Positions 22,011-34,065 of a stretch of 34,065 nt of DNA are shown one piece after another. Origin of the DNA: Malacoraja senta (lineage: Eukaryota); NCBI GenBank assembly GCA_038087875.1, contig JAXLNO010000634.1:1-34065 (forward strand), written 5' to 3'. The notes beneath the pieces were generated by a model. It was not told the DNA's origin, made no database searches, and saw only the letters and a list, made by a program, of their open reading frames with translations. Position numbers and translations under genes: made by a program. Position 1 is the stretch's first letter; every line of letters begins with the position of its first letter.

Positions 22011-25000
22011 GGCGACCTTGCCGGATTTATGGCGAACTTGCCGGAAATATGGCGACCTCGCTGAATTATGGCGACCTTACCGGATTTATGGCGACCTTGC
22101 CGGAAATATGGCGACCTCGCTGGATTTATGGCGACTTTGCCGGAAGGTATGGCGACTTTGCCTGATTTATGGCGACCTTGCCGGAATTATGGCGCCCTGG
22201 CCGGATTTGTGGCGACCTTGCCGGAAATATGGCGACCTTGCCGGATTTATGGCGACCTTGCCGGATTTGTGGCGACTTTACCGGAAATATGGCGACCTCG
22301 CGGGATTTATGGCGGCCTTGCCGGATATATGGCGACCTTGCCGGAAATATGGCGACCTCGCCGAATTTGTGGCGAATTGCCGGAAATATGGGGAATTGCC
22401 GGAAATATGGCGACCTCGCCGGATTTATGGCGACCTTGCTGGACTTCTGTCGACCTTGCCGGAAATATGGCGTCATCGCCGGATTTGTTGCGACCTTGCC
22501 GGATTTACGGCGACTTTGCCGGAAATATGGCGACCTCGCCGAATTTGTGGCGAACTTGCCGGAAATATGGCGACCTTGCCGGAAATATGGCGTCCTCGCC
22601 GGATTTTATGGCGACCATGCCGGAAATATGGCGACCTCACCGGATTTATGGCGACCTTGCCGGAAATATGACGACCTTGCTGGACTTCTGTCGACGTTGC
22701 CGCATTAATGGCGACCTTGCCGGATTTGTGGCGACCGTGCCGGAAATATGGCGACCTCGCCGGATTTAATGCGACCTTGCCGGATAATTGGCGAACTTGC
22801 CGGAAATATGGCGACCTCGCCGGATATATGGCGACCTTGCCGGAAATATGCCGATCTCGCCGGATTGATGGCGACCTCGCCGGATTTATGGCGGACCTTG
22901 CCGGAAATATGCCGACCTTGCCGGAAATATGGCGACCTTGCCGGATTTTATGTCGACCTTGCCGGAAATGTGAAAACCTTGCCGGATTTCTGGGACCTTG
23001 CTGGAATTATGCGACCTTGCGGTAATGTAGCGACCATGCCTGATTTGTGGCGACCTTGCCGGATTTATGGCGACCTTGCCGGAAATGTGGCAACCTTGCC
23101 GGATTTTTGGGACCTTGTTGGAATTATGGCGACCTTGCCGGTAATGTAGCGACCATGCCTGATTTGTGGCGACCTTGCCGGATTTATGGCGACCTTGCCG
23201 GAAATGTGGCGACCTTGCCGGATTTGTGACGACCTTGCCGGGTCTATGACGACCTTGCCGGAAATGTGGCGACTTTGCCGGATTTAACGCGACCTTGCCG
23301 AATATATGGCTACCTTGATGGAAATGTGGCGACCTTGCCGGATTTGAGGCAACCTTGCCAGATTTATGGCGACCTTGTCGGAAATATGGCGACCTTGCCG
23401 GATTTATGGCGACCTTGCCGGATTTGTGGCGAATTTGCAGGATTTATGGCGACTTTTCCGGGATTATGGCGACCTTGCCGGATTTATGGCGAACTTGCCG
23501 GAAATATGGCGACCTCGCTGAATTATGGCGACCTTACCGGATTTATGGCGACCTTGCCGGAAATATGGCGACCTCGCTGGATTTATGGCGACCTTGCCGG
23601 GAAGTATGGCGACTTTGCCTGATTTATGGCGACCTTGCCGGAATTATGGCGCCCTGGCCGGATTTGTGGCGACCTTGCCGGAAATATGGCGACCTTGCCG
23701 GATTTATGGCGACCTTGCCGGATTTGTGGCGACTTTACCGGAAATATGGCGACCTCGCGGGATTTATGGCGGCCTTGCCGGATATATGGCGACCTTGCCG
23801 AAATATGGCGACCTCGCCGAATTTGTGGCGAATTGCCGGAAATATGGGGAATTGCCGGAAATATGGCGACCTCGCCGGATTTATGGCGACCTTGCTGGAC
23901 TTCTGTCGACCTTGCCGGATCTATGGCGACCTTGCCGGATTTGTGGCGACCTTGCCGGAAATATGGCGACCTTGCCGGAAATATGGCGACCTCGCCGAAA
24001 TTTATGGCTACCTTGCCGGATTTATGGCGACCATGCCGGAATTATGGCGCCCTGGCCGGATTTGTGGCGACCTTGCCGGAAATATGGCGACCTTGCCGGA
24101 TTTTTGGCTACCTTGCCGGATTTATGTGGACCTTGACGGACATATGGCCACCTCGCCGGATTTATGGCGACCTTGCCGGATTTATGGCGACCTTGCCGGA
24201 AATATGGCGTCCTTGCCGGATTTGTTGCGACCTTGCCGGATTTACGGCGACCTTGCCGGAAATATGGCGACCTTGCCGGATTTACGGCGACTTTGCCGGA
24301 AATATGGCGACCTCGCCGGATTTCTGGGACATTGCTGGAATTATGGCGACCTTGCCGGTAATGTAGCGACCATGCCTGATTTGTGGCGACCTTGCCGGAT
24401 TTATGGCGACCTTGCCGGAAATGTGGCGACCTTGCCGGATTTGTGGCGACCTTGCCGGATCTATGGCGACCTTGCCGGAAATGTGGCGACCTTGCCGGAT
24501 TTGACGCGACCTTCCCCAATATATGGCTACCTTGATGGAAATGTGGCGACCTTGCCGGATTTGAGGCAACCTTGCCAGATTTATGGCGACCTTGTCGGAA
24601 ATATGGCGACCTCACCGGATTTATGGCGACATTTCCGGAAATATGGCGACCTTGCTGGACTTCTGTCGACGTTGCCGGAAATATGGCGACCTCGCCGGAT
24701 TTAATGCGACCTTGCCGGATAATTGGCGAACTTGCCGGAAATATGGCGACCTCGCCGGATATATGGCGACCTTGCCGGAAATATGGCGACCTCGCCGGAT
24801 TGATGGCGACCTCGCCGGATTTATGGCGACCTTGCCGGAAAATATGCGACCTTGCCGGAAATATGGCGACCTTGCCGGATTTATGTCGACCTTGCCGGAA
24901 ATGTGAAAACCTTGCCGGATTTCTGGGACCTTGCTGGAATTATGGCGACCTTGCCGGTAATGTAGCGACCATGCCTGATTTTTGGCGACCTTGCCGGATT

Positions 25001-27620
25001 TATGGCGACCTTGCCGGAAATGTGGCAACCTTGCCGGATTTTTGGGGACCTTGCTGGAATTATGGGGACCTTGCCGGTAATGTAGCGACCATGCCTGATT
25101 TGTGGCGACCTTGCCGGATTTATGGCGACCTTGCCGGAAATGTGGCGACCTTGCCGGATTTGTGACGACCTTGCCGGGTCTATGACGACCTTGCCGGTAA
25201 TGTGGCGACTTTGCCGGATTTAACGCGACCTTGCCGAATATATGGCTACCTTGATGGAAATGTGGCGACCTTGCCGGATTTGAGGCAACCTTGCCAGATT
25301 TATGGCGACCTTGTCGGAAATATGGCGACCTTGCCGGATTTATGGCGACCTTGCCGGATTTGTGGCGAATTTGCAGGATTTATGGCGACTTTTCCGGGAT
25401 TATGGCGACCTTGCCGGATTTATGGCGAACTTGCCGGAAATTATGGCGACCTCGCTGAATTATGGCGACCTTACCGGATTTATGGCGACCTTGCCGGAAA
25501 TATGGCGACCTCGCTGGATTTATGGCGACCTTGCCGGAAGTATGGCGACTTTGCCTGATTTATGGCGACCTTGCCGGAATTATGGCGCCCTGGCCGGATT
25601 TGTGGCGACCCTTGCCGGAAATATGGCGACCTTGACGGATTTATGGCGACCTTGCCGGATTTGTGGCGACTTTACCGGAAATATGGCGACCTCGCGGGAT
25701 TTATGGCGGCCTTGCCGGATATATGGCGACCTTGCCGGAAATATGGCGACCTCGCCGAATTTGTGGCGAATTGCCGGAAATATGGCGAATTGCCGGAAAT
25801 ATGGCGACCTCGCCGGATTTATGGCGACCTTGCTGGACTTCTGTCGACCTTGCCGGATCTATGGCGACCTTGCCGGATTTGTGGCGACCTTGCCGGAAAT
25901 ATGGCGACCTTGCCGGAAAATATGGCGACCTCGCCGAAATTATGGCTACCTTGCCGGATTTATGGCGACCATGCCGGAATTATGGCGCCCTGGCCGGATT
26001 TGTGGCGACCTTGCCGGAAATATGGCGACCTTTGCCGGATTTTTGGCTACCTTGCCGGATTTATGTGGACCTTGACGGACATATGGCCACCTCGCCGGAT
26101 TTATGGCGACCTTGCCGGATTTATGGCGACCTTGCCGGAATATGGCGTCCTTGCCGGATTTGTTGCGACCTTGCCGGATTTACGGCGACCTTGCCGGAAA
26201 TATGGCGACCTTGCCGGATTTACGGCGACTTTGCCGGAAATATGGCGACCTCGCCGGATTTCTGGGACATTGCTGGAATTATGGCGACCTTGCCGGTAAT
26301 GTAGCGACCATGCCTGATTTGTGGCGACCTTGCCGGATTTATGGCGACCTTGCCGGAAATGTGGCGACCTTGCCGGATTTGTGCGACCTTGCCGGATCTA
26401 TGGCGACCCTTGCCGGAAATGTGGCGACCTTGCCGGATTTGACGGCGACCTTGCCCAATATATGGCTACCCTTGATGGAAATGTAGCGACCCTTGCCGGA
26501 TTTGAGGCAACCTTGCCAGATTTATGGCGACCTTGTCGGAAATATGGCGACCTCACCGGATTTATGGCGACCTTGCCGGAATATGGCGACCTTGCTGGAC
26601 TTCTGTCGACGTTCCCGCATTTACGGCGACCTTGCCATATTTGTGGCGACCGTGCCGGAAATATGGCGACCTCGCCGGATTTAATGCGACCTTGCGGGAT
26701 AATTGGCGAACTTGCCGGAAATATGGCGACCTCGCCGGATATATGGCGACCTTGCGGAAATATGGCGACCTCACCGGATTTATGGCGACCTCGCCGGATT
26801 TATGGCGACCTTGCCGGAAATATGGCGACCTTGCCGGAAAATATGGCGACCTTGCCGGATTTATGTCGACCTTGCCGGAAATGTGGCAACCTTGCCGGAT
26901 TTTTGGGACCTTGCTGGAATTATGGCGACCTTGCCGGTAATGTAGCGACCATGCCTGATTTGTGGCTACCTTGCCGGATTTATGGCGACCTTGCCGGAAA
27001 TGTGGAGACCTTGCCGGATTTGTGGCGACCTTGCCGGATCTATGGCGACCTTGCCGGAAATGTGGCGACCTTGCCGGATTTGACGCGACCTTGCCGAATA
27101 TATGGCTACCTTGATGGAAATGTGGCGACCTTGCCGGATTTGAGGCAACCTTGCCAGATTTATGGCGACCTTGTCGGAAATATGGCGACCTTGCCGGATT
27201 TATAGCGACCTTGCCGGATTTGTGGCGAATTTGCAGGATTTATGGCGACTTTTCCGGGATTATGGCGACCTTGCCTGATTTATGGCGAACTTGCCGGAAA
27301 TATGGCGACCTCGCCGGAATTATGGCGACCTTACCGGATTTATGGCGACCTTGCCGGAAATATGGCGACCTCGCTGGATTTATGGCGACCTTGCCGGAAG
27401 TATGGCGACTTTGCCTGATTTATGGCGACCTTGCCGGAATTATGGCGCCCTGGCCGGATTTGTGGCGACCTTGCCGGAAATATGGCGACCTTGCCGGATT
27501 TATGGCGACCTTGCCGGATTTGTGGCGACTTTACCGGAAAATATGGCGACCTCGCGGGATTTATGGCGGCCTTGCCGGATATATGGCGACCTTGCCGGAA
27601 ATATGGCGACCTCGCCGAAT
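21400..27620. repeat. Related 1.46-kb and 1.94-kb higher-order units
   Basis: The marker GGGTCTATGACGACC occurs at 21783, 23240 and 25176 (offsets 1457 and 1936). GTAATGTAGCGACCATGCCT and TATGGCTACCTTGATGG blocks also recur. Boundaries are approximate. Confidence 0.8.
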
Positions 27621-30309
27621 TTATGCGACCTTGCCGGAAATATGGCGACCTTGCCGGATTTTTTGCGACCTTGCCGCATTTGTGTCGACCTTGCCGGATT
27701 TATGGTGACCTTGCCGGAAATATGGCGACATTGCAGGAAATGTGGCGACCCTGCCGGATTTGTGGCGACCTTGGCGGATTCATGGCGACCTTGCCGGAAA
27801 TGTGGCGACCTTGCCGGATTTGACGCACCTTGCCGGATTTATTACGCCTTTGCCGGAAATATGGCTACCTTGCCGGATTTGAGGCAAACTTGCAGGATTT
27901 ATGGCGACCTTGTCGGAAATATTGGCGACTTTGCCGGATTTGTGGCGACCATGCCGGATTTATGGCGACTGCCTGAAATATGGCGACCTTGCCGGATTTG
28001 TGGCGACCTTCCCGGATTGTTGGCGACCTCGCCGGGAATGTAGCGACCTTGCCGGATTTGTGGCGACATTGTCGGATTTATGGCGACCTCGACGGAAATG
28101 TTGCGATCTTGCCGGATTTTTCGTGACTTTGCCGGAAATATGCCAGATTTATGCCGACCTTGTCGGAAATATGGCGACCTCACCGGATTTATGGCGACCT
28201 TGCCGGAAATATGGCGACCTTGCTGGACTTCTGTCGACGTTGCCGCATTTACGGCGACCTTGCCATATTTGTGGCGACCGTGCCGGAAATATGGCGACAT
28301 CGCCGGATTTAATGCGACCTTGCGGGATAATTGGCGAACTTGCCGGAAATATGGCGACCTCGCCGGATATATGGCGACCTTGCCGGATTTATGGCGACCT
28401 CGCCGGATTTATGGCGACCTTGCCGGAAATATGGCGACCGTGCCGGAAATATGGCGACCTCGCCGGATTTAATGCGACCTTGCGGGATAATTGGCGAACT
28501 TGCCGGAAATATGGCGACCTCGCCGGATATATGGCGACCTTGCCGGATTTATGGCGACCATACCTGATTTGTGGCGATCTTGCCGGATTTATGGCGACCT
28601 TGTGGGATTTGTGGCGACATTGCCGGAAATGTGGCGACCCTGCCGGATTTTTTGGCGACTTTGCCGGATTTATGGCGACCTTTGCCGGAAATGTGGCGAC
28701 CTTGCCGGATTTGTGGCTACCTTGCCGAATCTATGGCGACCTTGCCGGGCGACCTTGCCGGATTTATGGCGACATTCCCGGATTAATGGCGACCTTGCCG
28801 AAATGTGCCGACCTTGCCGGAAATGTGGCGACCATGCCGCATTTGTGGCGACCTTGCTGGATTTGTGGCGACCTTGCCGGATTTATGGCGACCTTGCGGG
28901 AAATATTGCGACCTTGCCGGATTTGTGGCGACCTTGCCGGATTTATGGCGACCTTGCCGGAAATGTGGCGACCTTGCCGGATTTATGGTGACATTCCCGG
29001 ATTAATGGCGACCTTGCCGGAGATGTGGCGACCTTGCCGGGTTTGTGGCGACCTGGCAGGATTATGGCGACCTTGCCGGAATTGTGGCGACCTTGCCGGA
29101 TTTATGGCGACCTTGCCGCAAATGTGGCGACCTTGCCGAATTTGTGGCGATCTTGCCGGATTTATGGCGACCTTGTGGGATTTTGTGGCGACCTTGCCGG
29201 ATTTATGGCGACCTTGCTAAAATGTGGCGACCTTGCCGGATTCATGGTGACCTTGCCGGAAATGTGGCGACCTTGCCGGATTTGTGGCGACGATGCCGGA
29301 TTTCGGGCGACCTTGCCGCAAATGTGGCGACCTTGCCGGATTCATGGCGACCTTGCCGGGAATGTGGCGACGTTGCCGGATTTATGGCGACATTACCGGA
29401 TTAATGGCGACCTTGCCGGGGATGTGGCGACCTTGCCGGATTTGTGGCGACCTTGCCGGATTTATGGCGACCTCGCCGGAAATATGGCGACCTCGCCGGA
29501 TTTATGGCGACCTCGCCGGATTTATGGCGACCTTGCCGGAAATATGGCGACCTTGCCGGATTTATTGCGACCTTGCCGCATTTGTGGCGACCTTGCCGGA
29601 TTTATGGCAACCTTGCGGAAATGTGGCGACCTTGCCGGATTCATGGTGACCTTGCCGGAAATGTGGCGACCTTGCCGGTTTGTGGCGACCTTGTGGGATA
29701 TGTGGCGACATTGCCGGAAATGTGGCGACCCTGCCGGATTTATGGCGAGTTTGCCGGATTTATGGCGACCTTGCCGGAAATGTGGCGACCTTGCCGGTTT
29801 GTGGCTACCTTGCCGAATTCATGGCGACCTTGCCGGGAATGTGGCGACCTTGACGGATTTATGGCGACATTCCCGGATTAATGGCGATCTTGCCGGAAAT
29901 GTGCCGACCTTGCCGGGAATGTGGCGACCTGGCAGGATTATGGCGACCTTGCCGGAATTGTGGCGACCTTGCCGGATTTATGGCGACCTTGCCGCAAATG
30001 TGGCGACCTTGCCGGATTTATGGCGACCTTGCCGGATTTGTGGCGACCTTGCCGGTTTATGGCGACCTTGCCGGAAATGTGGCGACCTTGCCGGATTTAT
30101 GGTGACATTCCCGGATTAATGGCGACCTTGCCGGAGATGTGGCGACCTTGCCGGGTTTGTGGCGACCCGGCAGGATTATGGCGACCTTGCCGGAATTGTG
30201 GCGACCTTGGCGGATTTATGGCGACCTTACCGCAAATGTGGCGACCTTGCCGAATTTGTGGCGATCTTGCCGGATTTATGGCGAACTTGTGGGATTTGTG
30301 GCGACCTTG

Positions 30310-31900
30310 CCGGATTTATGGCGACCTTGCTAAAATGTGGCGACCTTGCCGGATTCATGGTGACCTTGCCGGAAATGTGGCGACCTTGCCGGATTTGTGG
30401 CGACGATGCCGGATTTCGGGCGACCTTGCCGCAAATGTGGCGACCTTGTCGGATTTATGGCGACCTCGCCGGAAATATGGCGACCTTGCCGGATTCATGG
30501 CGACCTTGCCGGGAATGTGGCGACCTTGCCGGATTTATGGCGACATTCCCGGAATAATGGCGACCTTGCCGGGGATGTGGCGACCTTGCCGGATTTGTGG
30601 CGACCTTGCCGGATTTATGGCGATCTCGCCGGAAATATGGCGAACTTGCCGGATTTATTGCGACCTTGCCGCATTTGTGGCGACCTTGCCGGATTTATGG
30701 CGACCTTGCGGAAATGTTGCGACCTTGCCGGATTCATGGTGACCTTGCCGGAAATGTGGCGACCTTGCCGGATTTGTGGCGACGATGCCGGATTTCGGGT
30801 GACCTTGCCGCAAATGTGGCTACCTTGCCGGATTCATGGCGACCTTGCCGGATTTGTGACGACCTGGCAGGATTATGGCGACCTTGCCGGAATTGTGACG
30901 ACCTTGCATTATATGTGGCGACCTTGCCGGATTTATGGCGACCTTGCCGCAAATGTGGCGACCTTGCCGGATTTGTGGCGATCTTGCCGGATTTATGGCG
31001 ACCTTGTGGGATTTGTGGCGACCTCGCCGGATTTATGGCGACCTTGCGGAAATATGGCGACCTTGCCGGATTCATGGTGACCTTGCCGGAAATGTGGCGA
31101 CCTTGCCGGATTTGTGGCGACGATGCCGGATTTCGGGCGACCTTGCCGCAAATGTGGCGACCTTGCCGGATTTATGGCGACCTCGCCGGAAATATGGCGA
31201 CCTTGCCGGATTCATGGCGACCTTGCCGGGAATGTGGCGACCTTGCCGGATTTATGGCGACATTCCCGGATTAATGGCGACCTTGCCGGGATGTGGCGAC
31301 CTTGCCGGATTTGTGGCGACCTTGCCGGATTTATGGCGACCTCGCCGGAAATATGGCGACCTTGCCGGATTTATTGCGACCTTGCCGCATTTGTGGCGAC
31401 CTTGCCAGATTTATGGCGACCTTGCGGAAATGTGGCGACCTTGCCGGATTCATGGTGACCTTGCCGGAAATGTGGCGACCTTGCCGGATTTGTGGCGACG
31501 ATGCCGGATTTCGGGCGACCTTGCCGCAAATGTGGCGACCTTGCCGGATTCATGGCGACCTTGCCGGATTTGCGACGACCTGGCAGGATTATGGCGACCT
31601 TGCCGGAATTGTGACGACCTTACATTATATGTGGCGACCTTGCCGGATTTATGGCGACCTTGCCGCAAATGTGGCGACCTTGCCGGATTTGTGGCGATCT
31701 TGCCGGATTTATGGCGACCTTGTGGGATTTGTGGCGACCTTGCCGGATTTATGGCGACCTTGCGGAAATGTGGCGACCTTGCCGGATTCATGGTGACCTT
31801 GCCGGAAATGTGGCGACCTTGCCGGATTTGTGGCGACGATGCCGGATTTCGGGCGACCTTGCCGCAAATGTGGCGACCTTGCCGGATTTATGGCGACCTT
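30310..31900. repeat. 716-717-bp higher-order repeat (about 2.2 units)
   Basis: GATGCCGGATTTCGGG occurs at 30405/31122/31838 and 30784/31500, and CATTATATGTGG at 30907/31623. Confidence 0.88.
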
Positions 31901-34065
31901 GTGGGATATGTGGCGACATTGCCGGTTTTGTGGCGACCCTGCCGGATTTGTGGCGACTTTGCCGGATTTATGGCGACCTTGCCGGAAATGTGGCGACCTT
32001 GCCGGTTTGTGGCTACCTTGCCGGATTTATGGCGACCTTGCCGGAAATATAGCGTCCTCGCCGGATTTGTGGCGAACTTGCCGGATTTATGGCGACCATG
32101 ACGGAAATATGGCGACCTCCCCGGATTTGTGGCGATCTTGCCGGATTTATGGCGACCTTGCTGGAAATATGGCTACTTCGCCGGATTTGTGGCGACCTTG
32201 CAGATTTCTGGCTACCTTGCCGGAAATATGGCGACCTTGCCGGATTTGTGGCGACCTTGCCGGATTTATGCCGCCCTTGCCGGATATATGGCGACTTCGC
32301 CGGATATATGGCGACCTTGCCAGAAATATGGCGACCTTGCCGGATTTGTGGCGACCTCGCCGGATTTATGGCGACCTTGTCGGAAATGTGGCGACCTTGC
32401 CGGATTTGACGCCACCTTGCGGGATTTATGGCGATATTGCCGGAAATATGGCGACCTTGCCGGATTTGACGCAAACTTGCCGGATTTATGGCGACCTTGT
32501 CGGAAATATAGCGACCTTGCCGGATTTGTGGCGACCTTGCCGGATTTATGGCGACCTTGCCGGGAATGTGGCGACCTTGCCGGATTTATGGCGACCTTCC
32601 CGGACTAATGGCGACCTAGCCGGAGATTTGGCGACCTTGCCGGATTTATGGCGACCTTGCCGGATTTATGGCGACCTAGCCTGAAATGTGGCGACCTTGA
32701 CGGATTTGTGGCGACCTTGCCGCATTTATGTCGACCTTGCCGGGGATGTGGCGACCTTGCCGCATTTGCGGCGACCTTGCCGGATTTATGTCGACCTTGC
32801 CGGAATTGTGGCGACCTTGCCGTAATTGTGGAGGCCATGCCGGATTTAAGGCGACATTGCCGCAAAATGTGGCGACCTTGTGGGATTTATGGCGATCTTG
32901 CCGGATTTATTGCGACCTTGCCGGAAATATGTCGACCTTGCCGCATTTGTGGCGACCTTCCCGGATTTATTGCGACCTTGCCGGAAGTATGTGGACCTTG
33001 CCGCCTTTGTGGCGACCGTGCCGGGTTTATGGAGACCTTGCCGTAAATATGGCGACCTTGCCGCATTTGTGGCGACATTGCCGGATTTGTGGCGACCTTG
33101 CGGGATTTATGGCGACCTTGACGGGAATGTGGCGACCTTGCCGGATTAGAGGCCACATTGCCGGATTATAGCGACCTTGCCGGAAATATGGCGAACTAGC
33201 CGGATTTATGGCGACCTTGCCGGAATTGTGGCGACCTTGTCGTAATTGTGGCGACCTTGCCGGACTTAAGGCGAGATTGCCGCAAATGTGGCGACCTTGA
33301 CGGATTTGTGGCGACCTTGCCGGATTTATTGCGACCTTGCCGGATTTATGGCGACCTTGCCGGAAATATGCCGACCTTGCCGCATTTGTACCGACCTTGA
33401 CGGATTTATGGCGATCTTGCCGGAAATATGTCGACCTTGCCGCATTTGTGGCGACCTTGCCGGATTTATTGCGACCTTGCCGGAAATATGTGGACCTTGC
33501 CGCATTTGTGGCGACCTTGCCGGATTTATGGCGACCTTGCCGGAAATATGGCGACCTTGCCGCATTTGTGGCGACATTGTCGGATTTGTGGCGACCTTGC
33601 CGGATTTATGGCGACCTTGTGGGATTTGTGGCGACCTTGCCGGATTTATTGCGACCTTGCAGGAAATTTGGCGACCTTGCCGGACTTGTGGCGACCTTGC
33701 CGGATTCCTGGAGCCCTTGCCGGAAATGTGGCGACCTTGCCGGATTTGTGGCGACGATGCCGGATGTATGGCGACATTGCCGAAATGTGGCGACCTTGCC
33801 GGATTTGACGCCACCTTGCGGGATTTATGGCGACATTGCCGGAAATATGGCGACCTTGCCGGATTTGACGCAAACTTGCCGGATTTATGGCGACCTTGTC
33901 GGAAATATAGCGACCTTGCCGGATTTGAGGCCACCTTGCCGGATTATAGCGACCTCGACGGAAATATGGCGCCCTAGCCGGATTTATGGCGACCTTGCCG
34001 GAATTGTGGCGACCTTGCCGTAATTGTGGCGACCTTGCCGGATTTAAGGCGACATTGCCGACAAA

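Larger units (their letters stand above)
7927..34065. repeat. 20-bp tandem satellite array, segment 3 (continues past window end)
   Basis: About 26 kb of the same monomer in one orientation, with no non-satellite insertion seen. Confidence 0.99.

Noticed and set aside
30..34023. Hundreds of predicted repeat ORFs (MATLPEIWRPCRIYGDLAG...) as real genes
   Set aside because: The same peptide appears in all three overlapping frames, the nucleotide period is not a multiple of 3, there is no codon-position bias or unique domain, and stops and indels are scattered.
1..34065. CRISPR array, or RT-associated CRISPR system
   Set aside because: Repeats are contiguous with only a 5-bp low-diversity variable part. 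There are no unique spacers, leader or cas genes.
1..34065. CpG-island promoter or bacterial origin suggested by GC and CpG content
   Set aside because: The composition comes entirely from the repeat monomer, no gene is associated, and the CR1 LINE indicates an animal genome.
1..34065. Telomeric repeats, array inversions or RNA genes
   Set aside because: I saw no (TTAGGG)n tract, no reverse-complement monomers (TCCGGCAAGGTCGCCA) on the + strand, and no tRNA- or rRNA-like sequence.

Overview
This window is eukaryotic repetitive DNA with no genuine host gene. About 93% is one head-to-tail array of a 20-bp, 55% GC, CpG-rich satellite (consensus TGGCGACCTTGCCGGA[TT/AA]T[A/G], roughly 1,570-1,580 monomers, all in one orientation). 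It is interrupted by two near-identical 1.25-kb 5'-truncated CR1-clade LINE fragments (3025-4281 and 6674-7930), each with a partial reverse-transcriptase pseudogene, a structured 3' UTR and a (TTTCTATG)3 tail. The 3' end resembles, from memory, CR1/HER1-type LINEs of sharks, skates and rays, so a cartilaginous fish is the likely but unverified source. The two LINEs are one insertion later copied by a ~3.65-kb tandem duplication of the array. The satellite has nested higher-order duplications (about 60, 160, 560, 580-640, 716, 978, 1114, 1457, 1936, 3650, 3911 and 4468 bp) and a 365-bp patch identical to sequence 21 kb away. The many predicted ORFs in the array are by-products of a stop-free monomer. 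I found no evidence for a CRISPR, retron or other new RT-plus-repeat system. The interest lies in the LINE junctions and the array's evolution. All alignments were done by eye, so block boundaries are approximate to about one monomer.
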